Assembly (NCBI GenBank): GCA_034780895.1
Contig: JAUZTB010000069.1
Span: 5,916,830-5,980,829 of the forward strand
DNA length: 64,000 nucleotides
Direction: 5' to 3'
Source of the DNA: Rhynchobatus australiae
Taxonomy: Eukaryota
The position numbers and the translations under genes were made by a program. This document shows, one piece after another, positions 50,640 to 64,000 of the stretch (within the stretch, counting starts at the first letter, position 1; the number at the start of each line of letters is the position of its first letter). The notes under the pieces are model-generated. The model was given only the letters and a program-made list of their open reading frames with translations. It made no database searches and was not told the DNA's origin.

Positions 50640-52150
50640 GAAAACAGAATTTATTGACCATCATAACAATGTAATAATGGGTTGCAAATACCAATGAGAA
50701 CCAGACCAATTACAAAAGAATCAGAGGGGAAGCTAAAATTAAAATGGGAGGCAGAGAGGGTATAAGAAAAGATTAGCTGCCAACATAAATGGGAATCGAA
50801 GTACAGTATACCATACATATGCCTACAAGAGTAATACACAGAGGAGTGGAGCCAATTAAGGACAAAAATGGAAACTTGCTCATGGATGCTGAGAGCAGTG
50901 CTAAGGTACTAAACAAGTACGTTGTATCTGTCTTCACCAGGGAAGAGGCTGCTTCCAAAGCAATCATAGAGGAAATACTGGAGACCCGAGCTATGTTAAA
51001 AATTGATACCTCTGATATTAGAAAAGTTTGCTGAACTTAAAGTGGTTAAGTCACCCGGACTGCACGGGATGCATCCTAGGATTTTAAGAGAGGGGCACTA
51101 ACCATAATCTTTCTATGCTCCTTGGACAACAGGTAGCAAATGTTACTCCCTTGTTCAAAAAAAATTGAGAAAGAATAAGCCCAACTAGACTAGTCAGTTT
51201 AACTTAGACAAGGACCTTGGGCAATTCAGTCAAACTAGTGCATGTGGACTTCCAGGCTTTTAATATGGTGCCACAAACAGTCTTATCAGCAAAGTTGGAG
51301 TGCATGGCATAAAAGAAACACTGACACCATGGATACAAAGTTGGCTAAGTAGCAAAGTGTCACGGTGAGTGGTTGTTTCTCAGACTGCAGGTAAGTGTAT
51401 AGGGAATTTTCCCAATAAACAGTTGGGACTACTGCTTTTTTTTAAAATCTGAAGACCCAACTTCGGGGTGTAAGCCCAATTTCTAAATTTGCCGATGACA
51501 GAACTTGCAGCATTGTGAACTGCAAAGAACAAGATATCTATCTCAAGTGTCGCCACTCTTCTGGTGCCAACAAAGCATGCCACAGCTCCTAACCTGTACG
51601 TCTTTGGAATGTGGGAGGAAACAGGAGCACCAGGAGGAAACCCACGCAGACACACAAGGAGAGATAGCAGCTTTTGGAACGGACAAGCACCTGGAAGATG
51701 TAGATTAATGCAAGAAAATGTGAAGTGGTGCATTTTGGTGGGAAGAATGAGGACAGGCAGTATAAATGATACTGGTCAAAAATGGATGCAGTAGCAGAGG
51801 GATGTGGGGACATGTGCACACACATCATTGAAAGGTTGAGAAAGCTACTCATAATCCTGGGCCTTATCAATTGAGGCATTCAGCATACAAGTTGGGAAAC
51901 CTTTAAAACATGGTCCTGCCTCAACTGGAGCATAATGTTCATTCCTGATCAGTGGGTACAGGAAGGATCTGAAAGCAACAGAGAGGGCCCTTAAGAAATT
52001 TACAAGAATGGTTTCTGGAATAGATTACATTGACTTGTACTGTTTTCTTTAAAGACCAAAGAGAAATTTGATGGAAACATAGGAGGTGACTGGACAGAGT
52101 GGATAGTGGGAGACCATTCTTTGTGTGAAGGGTTCGAGGACTTGAGGTCA
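50640..52150 (+). mobile_element. Long degenerate CR1 LINE, interrupted by a V-SINE fragment
   Basis: ORF 50789 reads GVEPIKDKNGNLLMDAESSAKVLNKYVVSVFTREE, followed by KSPG..GMHPRIL, ANVTPLFKK and SKFADD motifs. Confidence 0.85.
51545..51662 (-). mobile_element. V-SINE internal fragment nested in CR1
   Basis: gtacgtctttggaatgtgggaggaaacaggagcaccaggaggaaacccacgcag, matching the 16626 copy. Confidence 0.85.
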
Positions 52151-52229
52151 TGGGTAATAGCGTGAACTGATGCATTTTGTGGATTTAAACCAAGCCAGGA
52201 CAGAGAATGACAGGGATCTGAGCTGTGTT

Positions 52230-53412
52230 GTTGAATAGAGAAACCTGGGGTACAGGTACATAGTTCCCTGAAAGTAGCATCACAGGCAGACACAGTGTTG
52301 AAGAAGGCACAAGGCACTGAGTGCAAGAGTTGGGACATCATGTTAAAGTTGCACAAAACATTGGTGAGACTGTACTTGGACTATTGTGTGCAGGTCTGGT
52401 TGCAGCCCGCAAGTGTTGCCACGCTTCCGGCGCCAACATAGCACGCCCACAACTTCCTAACCTGCATATCTTTGGAATGTGGTGGGAAACCGGTGTAAAC
52501 TGGAGCACCCGGAGGAAACCCACACAGGCACAGAGAGAACGTACAAACTCCTTACAGACAGCGGCAGGAATTGAATCCGGGTCGCAAGCGCTGTCAAGTG
52601 TATGCAACTGTGCTGCCCAAAGGAAGCTGCCTGGCTTGGATAACTTGAGTTATCAGGAGAGATGGGTGAAGCTGTAACTGTTTTTCCTGAAGGAGGCTGA
52701 GAGGTGACATGACAGGCAGATAAAATTATGAGAGACACAGATAGATCGTGTNNNNNNNNNNNNNNNNNNNNNNNNNNNNNNNNNNNNNNNNNNNNNNNNN
52801 NNNNNNNNNNNNNNNNNNNNNNNNNNNNNNNNNNNNNNNNNNNNNNNNNNNGATCGTGTAGATAACCAGAGTGTTTCCCAACGTAGGGGTGTCTAAAACT
52901 AGAGGGCATAGGTTTAAGGTCAGAGGAAGTTTAAAGGGAATCTAAGGGGTAAATTTTTCACAGAGCAGTTGATATCTGGAATGAACTGCCAGAGGAGGTG
53001 GAGGAGGAGGCAGGAACAGTAACAACATTTAGGAGACATCCGTTCAGGTACTTGAATGAAAGAGGCATGAATTAATGCAGGGAAATGGGATCAGTAAAGA
53101 CAGGCATGATGGTCAGCATAGATGTGGTGGGCTGAAGGGCCTGTTTCTACGCTGTACAACTCTGACTCTAAAATAAAAGGGAAGGGAATTAAGAATGAAA
53201 TGAGGAGAATTATTTTTTAAATGCATTGTCTTGTTGGAATCTGGAATGCACTGCCTGCAGATGTAGTGAAGGCAGATTCCTTTTTGGTGTTCAACAGGCA
53301 ATTGGATAAACAAATGGTGGAGAAAAATTTGCAAGACTACAGAGCCATGGAGTTGCTCTGGCTCAGATGTGATGGGCCAAATCGCCAGCTTCTGAGATTC
53401 TATGGTTCTCTG
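52230..53412 (+). mobile_element. Stacked CR1 LINE 3' fragments (at least two), interrupted by a V-SINE and a gap
   Basis: ttaaagttgcacaaaacattggtgagactgtacttggactattgtgtgcag (LYKTLVRPHLEYCVQ-like), actagagggcataggtttaagg, and two CR1 tails at ~53130-53165 and ~53370-53412. Confidence 0.85.
52402..52612 (-). mobile_element. V-SINE lacking its 3' tail, nested in CR1
   Basis: gcagcccgcaagtgttgccacgcttccggcgccaacatagc...ggaattgaatccgggtcgc, near-identical to 16711-16880. Confidence 0.9.
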
Positions 53413-54840
53413 NNNNNNNNNNAGCAGAACTGCATGTAGTAGTGTACAAACATAGTATCTTGTTAACGAACTTTAAAAGGAAGCTTTTATTCTATAATAC
53501 CAACAAAACTCTAATTAGTACATTTCTAACTTTGAAGGCATCATGCCCAATATTATTATAGCACTGAAAATGTAACCTCAATGGTCTACGGCCATAAAAG
53601 ATTACTGAATCTTTCCAGTGTATTTTCTGCAGAATTGAAGTGGGGTGGGGCAATCCAGACAGAAATGTGATGCGTCAACTGCAACTGAGAGTCAGGGTCA
53701 ACAGCCCTCATGCAAGATTAATGTTTGTAAATACAGGTGCACCATAACACTATCGATTCTTCAAGAATGCGTAGTATTAGAGTCTCTTACAGAACTTGAG
53801 TTCATGCTGCATTTATCATACAGAATCTCTCAGTGATGGTTTGGTAATCAAGGGTAGTGCATGCAACCATCAGCCATCCACTCAAATACACACTGGGGAT
53901 TTACTAGAGTCACATTTTTCTGCAATTGTTATTAGTGGAAGATTGCCAGCTTGTCTCCCAGGGAGCTCAAGGTTCAATCAACAGTTTTAGCAAACAGTAT
54001 TACAAAAATTATTCTTCATGCCAAATTGTAAAATGTATATATACAAAATAAGAGATAACTGGTTAATGACATCAAAAAGATTCCCTTTTATTTGTCAATA
54101 TGAAATAAAATAAGGCACCTTTCATGAATCAACCTGCTTTTCTCCATTTATCTGTACAAATATTTCAATATAAAACTGACTTCATAGCTCCAAAGTTCTT
54201 CACGGTATAATTGGAAATGCCTTCTAAAATCACTAGGCTATGTGCCAGGGTGAAACCCCAAATGATGGCACCCGAATTTCCTTTCGCATGGAGCTTTTAT
54301 TCACCTACTGAAAGATATTCATACTGTGGCAATATCAAGCAAAAATAAGGAAAGCATTTTATCCAGCACTAAATAATTTCTAATTAGGCCAAAACTGCAC
54401 TGGTTGGCAAAAATGCAGTATATAGAGGACACGTTTTTTTTGTTACCTTGCAATGAAAGGTTGGGAATTTTTTTTGATGAAGATGCTATTTCAATGCAAG
54501 TTCCTGTGGTTGAAAGCCAAATAAGATGTGTCCTGTGCAGCACAGGCANNNNNNNNNNNNNNNNNNNNNNNNNNNNNNNNNNNNNNNNNNNNNNNNNNNN
54601 NNNNNNNNNNNNNNNNNNNNNNNNNNNNNNNNNNNNNNNNNNNNNNNNNNNNNNNNNNNNNNNNNNNNNNNNNNNNNNNNNNNNNNNNNNNNNNNNNNNN
54701 NNNNNNNNNNNNNNNNNNNNNNNNNNNNNNNNNNNNNNNNNNNNNNNNNNNNNNNNNNNNNNNNNNNNNNNNNNNNNNNNNNNNNNNNNNNNNNNNNNNN
54801 NNNNNNNNNNNNNNNNNNNNNNNNNNNNNNNNNNNNNNNN

Positions 54841-54956
54841 CTAACTCAATGTAACTGCACTGTGTAATGAATTGATCTGTACGATTGGTTTGTAAGACAA
54901 GCTTTTCACTGTACCTCAGTACAAGTGACAATAATAAACCAATACCAGTACCAATC
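54841..54956 (+). mobile_element. Rex1/Babar-like LINE 3' tail emerging from a gap
   Basis: tgcactgtgtaatgaattgatctgtacg...gcttttcactgtacctcagtacaagtgacaataataaaccaatacca, same tail as 5585-5675. Confidence 0.8.
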
Positions 54957-55857
54957 TGCATAAATGTCCATCTGGTTAGTTTGCATTACTTTTCCACCAT
55001 CTTCCATTCATCTTTAATCCTTTACCATTCAACAAACCACAAGGGTCGGAGTTTCCTATTCTCCAACTCCACTATTTAATCCAACGAGCCTTATGACTCA
55101 GAATGGATTAATACTCTGATGTGCATCCTCCCAGATGGAGTACACTGCAGAAATAGAATCACAGGTTTTCCTTGCAGTCAAGGAAAACAGAGCTCCTACA
55201 TTTTAGGCCAGAATACCCCTGACAGTTCTTAACCTTGGGAGAATGGAATAAAGGGCAGAAACACTTTGATATTTATCAGATATATCCCTAAGAACACACT
55301 GTTAAACTTCCAAGTCAAGAATACACACAATGCAAACTTTCTTGGTTGTAACCAATGAAGGTCTCAAGGCACTCCTCAGCTGACTGTAGAGAACTTCATT
55401 CATTTAGTAATGAGCTTTTAAATTATCCAAAATGTCAAGTGACTGATCACAATGGCATGAACTACAGTATCTGTTACATTTACTCTTACTGCTTACTCTT
55501 TGATCTGTTAACCTAGATACAAAGCAATTAACATCTAACAGATGCCCAGGATAGTTATTTTCCTTCCAGATTACTTGGTGTTAACACTGCATCAGCAAAA
55601 ATGTTGGGAGGTAGTGGGAAGGGGCATACAATTCTCAGTCTACTGTACAGTGATTCAGAAAACAGCCCAGTTAAGGCATTAAAGAGACTTCAGAAACTTC
55701 TCCCAAACTAAGCAGGCTGATTTCTCCAGCAGAGAAGCATTCTCCATTATACATTTTTAAGCTGTTGTAAGGAATCACTCCTTGTTTAGGTGAAGGCACA
55801 AAGTTTGTACTATGTTTTAAAAATGATCGAGGAACCTTGAACAAGCAGGTACAAGTA

Positions 55858-56077
55858 CAGGTCCTCCCCAGCTTACGAACGCCTGACTCACGCGCAGTCC
55901 GTACATAGGAATGAGTGTTTGGGAGACCAGCGGAATGGATTTACCAGTTGCTGTGGTGCTGCAGGCATCTTCTGCTGCCTGGGAACGTGGTTCACAGCTG
56001 CATTTCCGACGTGCAGACTGTTCAGGTTAAGAATGGTTTGCAGGAACAGAACCCTGCTGTAACCTGGGGACTATGTG
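55858..56077. mobile_element. Tigger/pogo-type (Tc1-mariner) MITE
   Basis: TA-flanked imperfect TIRs: ta|caggtcctccccagcttacg ... tgtaacctggggactatgtg|ta. Confidence 0.65.
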
Positions 56078-57772
56078 TAGCACCTCGTTGTTGTTGGGCA
56101 GCACACTTCAATCAGACCTTCAAGTATCTGGTTGAAAATAAGTTTAACGTTCTCTACTTGTCTCAGAAATTGTAACTGGAAGGAAAAAATAAGCACAGGA
56201 AATGATTTGTGCAACACTTGATTTAGAGGCAATGTAAGAATCGAAGCCATGCAACTGAAACATGGTTGAATCGTGGAGCACGAGGTGATGCTTCTCTCCT
56301 GTACATAGCCTTCACCTTTGAGATTCACATTTGGGGACTTCAAAATCACAGAACTCACTGGCATCTGCTACCAATGCTGTGAACCATAAACTTCTGAGGT
56401 AATTGGAACAATGTTGTCCATCAATCGGCAAAATCGACACTGAACATGTTGATACTGCACAGGCTCTGTCAACAGGGAAGCTGAAACCTGCTTGGCTGAC
56501 ATGGAGTAGATGCGTGCTTTTGGAGAGCATGAAATTCAACAACCTGTTTTCTAAAGTGATTTCAATGGAGTCATTAGTTCAGAAATACACTTGGAAAACA
56601 ATTAGAGGCAAGCTGCATTTTTGCCTTGGTGCAGGAGGTACAAATGGACTGCTTGGTGCTACACTGTGTCGGTTCGTTTTTCTTCATTTGGAAGATGGCT
56701 TGCTCATCTATAGACAACAGATTAATAAATAAAGACAATAACTTCTTCCCATTCACTTGCATTTGTGCAGAGATCTAAAACCAAGCCACAACTCTTGGGA
56801 ATGTATTATGTTTTAGATTTTGAGGCGTCCTAACAATGTTCTAGATCCAAAGGACTAAATCCATTTATATTAAATCTGCCTACAGCATTAGTTGCAGACA
56901 TTAGGCCAAGTCAGCTGTATTGATTAGTTTGTGCTGAGCTCCAAAAGTAGTAGTACAGGATTGCCTCCTCTCAGCACTGCTCAGCTGTTCAAACAACCTT
57001 GCTGGTTTGCCAGCTGCCCTACTGAACACTGCAATTGCCATCTTTAGATCTGCAGATCAGTGATATGAATACATCAGGAGCTTTCAAAACTGATCACCTC
57101 AACAGGATTTCCCTGTAATACACACAAAAAGATTCTTACTCAAGATCATCTTAAATAAGATGACATATCCCAGTACTAAAAAGTGGTTCAGATGAGAACA
57201 GTGCTTTTAAACTGATGTACCCTGACAAGATCACTTTGCCTTCATGGGTGACCCCTCAGTAGACTAATCAAGAACCTGACTATACACTTTGATATATTAA
57301 CCCATTTCTTCTTAATATCCCCTCGAATGCCACTACTCTATAACCTTTGAAGTACTTACTAAAACAAAATTAAAAAAATAAGTCTTCAAGTACAGAAACA
57401 ACATTATAGTATTATAAATCAATTGTTTATATTTCAGGACCAACAGTGCTGTTAGTGCACTAAGGCTGCACTCATCTTTATCTGATCCTACTTCTTGTTT
57501 GGAGTCTAAATGTGAAGAACTGACATATTTATACCTTTGTTTTCAGCAGAAGCAAGTTATTTAATGTGCAATACAGAATACAAGTGTTATTTATCTTGAA
57601 CATTCCTAAACCTGTAACCTCCAACTCGAAGGACAATTTAGCAGGGATACAGGATTTCTCACTGTTCCTTCANNNNNNNNNNNNNNNNNNNNNNNNNNNN
57701 NNNNNNNNNNNNNNNNNNNNNNNNNNNNNNNNNNNNNNNNNNNNNNNNNNNNNNNNNNNNNNNNNNNNNNNN

Positions 57773-57940
57773 GATTTCTCACTGTTCCTTCACTGCCACT
57801 GGGTCAAAACTCTACAACTTCCTACTCAACAGCAGAACTGCAACAGTTCATGATCGGAGCTCACCAACACCTTGTCAGGGGCAGCTAGGGATGGGCAACA
57901 AATGATGGCCAATCCAGCATTAGCCACATCCTGCAAAAGC
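57773..57940 (+). mobile_element. LINE 3' end (probably the same family as 17540-18720)
   Basis: gctcaccaacaccttgtcaggggcagctagggatgggcaacaaatgatggcc...ccacatcc; this tail is also shared with the 5678/25915 SINEs. Confidence 0.65.
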
Positions 57941-59589
57941 AGAAATTGAGGCAAACCTAGATCCAATGACTTGAGCACATCAGCAAAGGTGGCAAAAAGC
58001 ATAGAATGTCATGGAACTGAGCTTGCAGGAAACATCAGGAGCAAAAAAATAATTTTAACGGATTAAGAAAACTAGACAAAGATTAAGAATCACCCCTGTG
58101 ATGGAGGTGCAGCTTAACTATTGATGTCCTCTTATGCTTGAAATTGTATCAGAAGCTTTGGGAGACACAGATTGAAGCACAAGGCACATGCCATCACCTC
58201 CTGCCAATGATTTCATTTCTTTTGCTGCATTTGCTTGGAAGAGTCTGTCAGAAAGGAGCTTGGCAAAGATTAACATTCCCAGATGTCCTATTATCCCTTC
58301 AATCTAACTGTTCTGTGAACCAAAATTAAGTACATTTCTGAATGACCAGTTATCCTACAGCAAACAAAATAGCACATGCAAGCAGTTTTCCAATGGATAT
58401 GTCAGATTAATATTTTGCATTTTCTTTCGCAATTAACTGAAATTAGTATTTAACCCAATCCCACCCGCCCAAAGCACAGGGTAGACCAATAATATTACAT
58501 ATCTGGTAACATGCCTATACTTTGATACTCGTGAAGCATGACGTCAACGTGGTGGCTTTGCAACAACCATTGATCCCAAAATGTACCTTTGTTGACAAGT
58601 TTTCCTGCATGCTTTAAATGCAAGCCATGAACTGGAACTTTATAAACAATTTAAATAAAGAATACTGCCCCCACAATAATTTAGTTATATTACTGAAATT
58701 GAATTACTGTTATGATGCACAGCAATTACCTGCAATTAAATAAACTGCCTATTCCAACTCCCCAACTAAATTTACTGTATGAACTGAGCACCCACTGGAA
58801 GTCTTATAACTAAAGTCAATAAATTAACACTAATTTGTTTTGAATGCCAATAATCAAATGATGTTAGGAGTTGACAAAGGCAAAAGGTAAGCTTTCAGGC
58901 CAACCACCAGTGCAAGGCCCACATTTGTGGTCTTTTTAACCAGGCTGGAACTTTAATTGTTGTGCTTGTTTATCTAAAACCTCTGGGTACATTTGAACAT
59001 TAGAACTCTGAAAATATTCATGCTGAAATCTCTGTTCAACATTTGACCGGAAGTTGGCTAGCTTTAATAAGGACTTTAACATTACAATGGTTTGTCTGAA
59101 TACTGAGCCAAAACCTACACCTCACTGCATTGCAGTTCAAGCTTCAACAAACCAAGCAGTTTAAGGTGACCTCAACTGGTTAGTCTCATTGAGTTTTGCT
59201 CCATTGTGGGTTGGGCCCAAACTCTATTTTCACTGCTGGTTAGCACCAGCCAACACACAAACTGCTTTCCACTGCTGTTAACGTATCCCAATCTCATGCT
59301 CCAAAAATAACAAATAGGATTTCACACATCTGCATATTGTTTATTAGAAGCAACACAGCATGCCAATTTATAAAAGACAAAGACTTTGAAATGTCTACGT
59401 TGATACTGCCATTGTAACATTCAACTTCTTAACAATTCCAATATTCTTGGTTAACTTTGGCTGAACCTTCCAAACAGTTATCATTTTAATTGTCATCTGA
59501 TATTTACTGACAGATTAAAATATAAAATGTTGGAAAAGACTAACAATTCAGATCTACTTTAAATATGGATTTAATACTGAGATGCAAAT

Positions 59590-59975
59590 GGTGCTGTTCT
59601 CCATGAGAGCTGGCAGCCAAGAGGGGGGTAAGAGAAAGGTGTTTGAAATCATGAGAAGTTCAAGTAGAATGATTGAAGAGAAGTTGTTTCCAGTGGCTGG
59701 AAGGTTATTAAGTGGAAGGCACAGATTTCAAGTGACTGGAAAAGAAGCAAAAAAAAACTTCATCCAGCAAGTGCTTATGGTTTTGAATATGTGTTAGTTT
59801 GGACATGGCAAACAAACTCTATAGAAGCCTTACAAAAGGGTACTGGGCAGATACTTGGAGGAAAAAAAAATTCAATGCCATCAGGAAGAAACATGAATAT
59901 GGGATGACAGATCAAGTCAGAACAGACAAATAGGCAAATGTCTCCTCTTGTGATACAAGACTCTGTAATAATTCT
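59590..59975 (+). mobile_element. Degenerate CR1 3' fragment
   Basis: Translates to KVFEIMRSSSRMIEEKLFPVAGR..SGRHRFQVTGK, similar to the CR1 ORF2 end. Confidence 0.7.
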
Positions 59976-62900
59976 AAGTTCCCCAATTCCTCAAACCTCA
60001 TCTTTTTAAATCTTCATATACTTTTCAGACTTGTCTCTTTTGTCTACTTGCTTTCTGAAGTGCTTTTCTTCAATGCACAATGACCAAAACTGAAGTCTTG
60101 CAAAGCATCGCTATTTCTGCAGAGCNNNNNNNNNNNNNNNNNNNNNNNNNNNNNNNNNNNNNNNNNNNNNNNNNNNNNNNNNNNNNNNNNNNNNNNNNNN
60201 NNNNNNNNNNNNNNNNNNNNNNNNNGCAAAGCATCGCTATTTCTGCAGAGCCACATTCAATTGTTCTAACTACATCCCCTAACATTAAATTTAGTTTTCT
60301 TCAGTGCTTCACTGCATGACCTGAACTGTGGTGAACACAGTTTTCAAATACATGTAATACTTGATTTTTTTGTCTGATTGAAAAATTGATTTAATTTGAT
60401 CTGGTCTCCTGAACTTTCAATTTCTTTTCTCATCATCACATTGATTTCATGATCCATTTTATTTATGCACATTAGGAACAGGATAATGCCAAGAACTTTC
60501 CCTTTAAACTTTGTAAAACTTCACTTCCTCATCCATTTTGTTCTCACATCTCTCAGCAGTACTCTTGGTTTACCCATTTTCAAGCCACAAGTTGTTCAGC
60601 CCCAAATCAATGTACCTTTCAGTTTAATTAGCAATCTTTCATGTGGCACACAGAAACCTTTCACAATGACTAAAAGTGAGATACTTATGATACCACCTAT
60701 CTGCAAAATTCTCAAACATTTGTCAAGCAAGAACCAGCTCACCTAACCATGTTGCTGGCCATTTCTTATAACTTGCTAGCAGTTCAAATAGTAAATAAAA
60801 AGGAAAATTTAGAGGCTGTGCAAGGAGAATTACACAAAGTGATAATTTTCAGCTTTTCTTACAATTTCTCCATCCTTCTCCTGATGGAAGGATTTTGCTT
60901 TCCGTTTGGCAAGCCAGATATCTCCAGCTGAGATCAAATAATTTGCATTGCAAGGAATGTCAACAGTATGCCAGCATGGTGACAACTTCAAGCAGTACTT
61001 GAACAGGCACACTTCTCCAGCTTTATACTGAAATAGAACCTGTAACTTGACTTGTGAACTGCACAAATTTCCAAATGATTGTTTCATGCAAAAGACTTGC
61101 AATTTGGTGTATTATCAATAAAGTTATCAGATTTAATAATCTGCAGCATTACAGGATTGGTTATTGTTTGAAAACTGTACAATCTTTAATAATATACTGG
61201 ATTAACACATGCTCTTGAATNNNNNNNNNNNNNNNNNNNNNNNNNNNNNNNNNNNNNNNNNNNNNNNTTGTTTTAAAAACTGAAAAATAGAACTTCCACT
61301 TCATTGTTACTAAATCTTAAAAGATACTAATGATCAACTTAAAAAATGTCCTAGAAGTGTAAAATTATGACCAACTCTAGAAGTCTTGAATTAAAATGCT
61401 GAGCAGTCTTAACATTTTGACAAGATATTTTGCATTGATTAGAAAGCAAAATTGTTATATGAAGCAAAAATTAAACAAAATAATTATATACTTCAATAAA
61501 CCATAAAAATATTTTAAATTCTCAATATATTTTATTTACTAATTTATACAAAGTAGCTGTCACGGATAAAGCCTTTCTGAAAGTGTACCCAGAACTGTTG
61601 TTGAATTGAAAAGACTGCAGGCCATTTTAGGTGCATGTTGGGCTCTACCACTTGCTTGAGAATCTTAGACATGATGAGGGAGGCAGATTTCTTCTCTGGA
61701 AGAGCTACAAACCAGGAGGTTAGGAGGTTCATGTTTACTATCCTGACATGAGCTTTTTCTTGACTCTCCTGAATTCAAATGCTTCATGCATGTGGTGGGT
61801 TTTGAATCAGTCCAGGATTCTGGGTTTCTCATTCAGTAATTTAACCCAAGAGTTACAACAATCTCTTTCAACTTCCCTCTCATTTAGGTGCATCTATTAC
61901 ATACAAATTTACAACTCTTAACATAAAATGTTGTTTGATATACTAGTGGTACTGAAAAGATGACAAGTAATTCAGCTTAGAGGCTATTATTGCCCCGTAA
62001 AACTATCAAAACTAAAGGCCAATCAGAAATCAGTCCCAAATATGTAGATATTTCACTTTCTACAGCTTTGATAAGAATCTGACCAGAAAATCTAGAGATC
62101 AGCAACACTTTCGATCCTAGTTTAAAAATATAATTAACTTCAAAATCCTGCTGTTTTGCTTCCAATTGCAATGGATTTTTACAAGCATGATCACATCAGA
62201 ACAGGTTTGGGTTTTTTTTCATGGGTTAAGGTAGGGGTGTGTTGGGTGGGTGTGGAGTGAGAAAGGACGAGAATAGAACTATTGATGCCTTGAAGAGCTC
62301 AAGAGAACATTTTCATATTTACAGCAGCTTTGATTCACCTTCCTCACACTGTTAAGGTCAGCAATTCCAGCAAGTCTTCAACTCCAAAGTAATTTTGAGA
62401 TCAAAACAGAAATATAATGTCAAGATNNNNNNNNNNNNNNNNNNNNNNNNNNNNNNNNNNNNNNNNNNNNNNNNNNNNNNNNNNNNNNNNNNNNNNNNNN
62501 NNNNNNNNNNNNNNNNNNNNNNNNNNNNNNNNNNNNNNNNNNNNNNNNNNNNNNNNNNNNNNNNNNNNNNNNNNNNNNNNNNNNNNNNNNNNNNNNNNNN
62601 NNNNNNNNNNNNNNNNNNNNNNNNNNNNNNNNNNNNNNNNNNNNNNNNNNNNNNNNNNNNNNNNNNNNNNNNNNNNNNNNNNNNNNNNNNNNNNNNNNNN
62701 NNNNNNNNNNNNNNNNNNNNNGCAAAATCCCAACTGCTTCTGCTCAAAATGCAAAGAATATCTTTGGCATCTCATACATTTTTCTGAGAAATCATACATT
62801 CCCTTGTCATCTTTTTCCAACTAAATGTGGAATGCTGGTTGTTCAAAGTTGATTTATTCAGATACCAGGTTGCAATTGTGACTGCCACTCCTAATGGTCA

Positions 62901-63206
62901 ACATCAGTAAAAGAGAGGTTGAAATAGAGGAGATAAAGAATGCAGACTCAGCTTCCACTGAAATTTTCTTCCAAATATTCCCGTTGTAAAGAATGCTCTT
63001 CCACCAATCACAGCATCCTCAAGCATTTGTTTTATATCATTGACACCAAAATCTGCCAACCCAATGTCCCATTTAGCAGATTTTTATGCAAACATCACAA
63101 CTTTTTTTATACTTTAAACCATTTCAAACATGCACATTTCTAATCAGTATTTTGCTTATACATATATTTTGTAGATGTTTGTCAAAAGTTAAAAAGTCAA
63201 ACTTAC

Positions 63207-63314
63207 TGTACTCTCTGACCAGACAGAATTCCAAAGTGCTCTGACTCTCTAAGGTACGATCTAAATCTACAGCTACGTTAGGTTCATTTTGCTTCTCAAG
63301 CCGATATTGATGTC
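63207..63314 (-). CDS. MAPKAP1: MAPKAP1/SIN1 internal coding exon (108 nt, phase 1-1), C-terminal part of the Ras-binding domain
   Basis: Minus strand reads ttttctttccag|GACATCAA...GAGTACA|gtaagt and translates (G)[35 protein letters not shown](S), matching recalled human SIN1 [37 protein letters not shown]. Upstream exons lie beyond the window end. Confidence 0.96.
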
Positions 63315-64000
63315 CTGGAAAGAAAAAAAGGCCAGCAAATAATGTGAATGAGAAACTTTCATCTTAATTGCATAGAAACTGTAGTTAAACACTTCAGTTA
63401 GTGTTTATATCCGTTCACTTCCCCCATAGCAAAAAAAATGCCATGAACTGATTAACACATCAACCATTGTTTCAATAAAACTAGGGTCATTTGTATTATA
63501 TAGTCAAGGCTCAAAAAAGTAAATGGTTTTGGGCACAAAAGTTTAAATAATACATTAATATTCGTGGCATTTCTCCTATATTGCACAGCCATTTAAAGCA
63601 GCCCAATGGCAACAAACTAATTTAAATTGGTTTGGAAAATCTTATTTTCTTGGCCAGAGTTCTCTCTTTCAAAGCAAAAGCAGATTCAGAAAACAAGAAA
63701 TTAGGTCATGGCTTTAATCAAAAATATTTGCTTCCTTCCTCACAATTTTCACAATTCATTTGGGAAGAATTTTATTGTTATTTACTTGCTGAAATATTAT
63801 GAGATCTACGAAGACAAATGAAATTTAACAATTGTGTTTTATTTCCCTCACATAATTGCATGCTTTCTCTTGCATCAGTTTTCCCCCTCTTCTGAAGCTG
63901 TTGAGCTCTTGCTGCACTCCAGTTGCCCTCCTGTATCTTGTCCAAATGGCTGCAATATGAATATGAGCACTGGAATGGGAGTCGACTGTTGGATCACAGT

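Noticed and set aside
54404-54961. Long ORFs in the track containing X runs (also 62358-62824, 31938-32213, 4830-5321)
   Set aside because: They are open only because N bases give no stop codons.

Overview
Eukaryotic, CpG-depleted, repeat-rich DNA with N gaps. The repeat content (CR1/HER1-like LINEs, V-SINEs, DeuSINEs, Penelope-like elements) points to a cartilaginous fish, probably a ray; this taxonomic call is inference. The only gene I can support is the 3' part of MAPKAP1 (SIN1, an mTORC2 subunit) on the minus strand. Its last five coding exons (108, 141, 138, 98 and 123 nt, all GT-AG with consistent phases) encode the end of the RBD, the PH domain and the C-terminus. Nearly all ORFs in the supplied track are spurious, transposon-derived or run through gaps. 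Most notable: (1) about a dozen head-to-head Penelope-like terminal repeats, several of which carry decayed minimal type-I hammerhead ribozyme cores with covarying stem I; (2) an ~840-bp fold-back Penelope remnant in the last intron; (3) a 34-bp inverted templated insertion; (4) repeat-poor, homeobox-motif-dense blocks that look like conserved enhancers of the MAPKAP1-PBX3 region; (5) an R393K-equivalent change in the SIN1 PH domain; (6) a possible in-frame cryptic exon and transposase relics. Repeat boundaries and family names come from reading by eye and recalled consensus sequences, so they are approximate.
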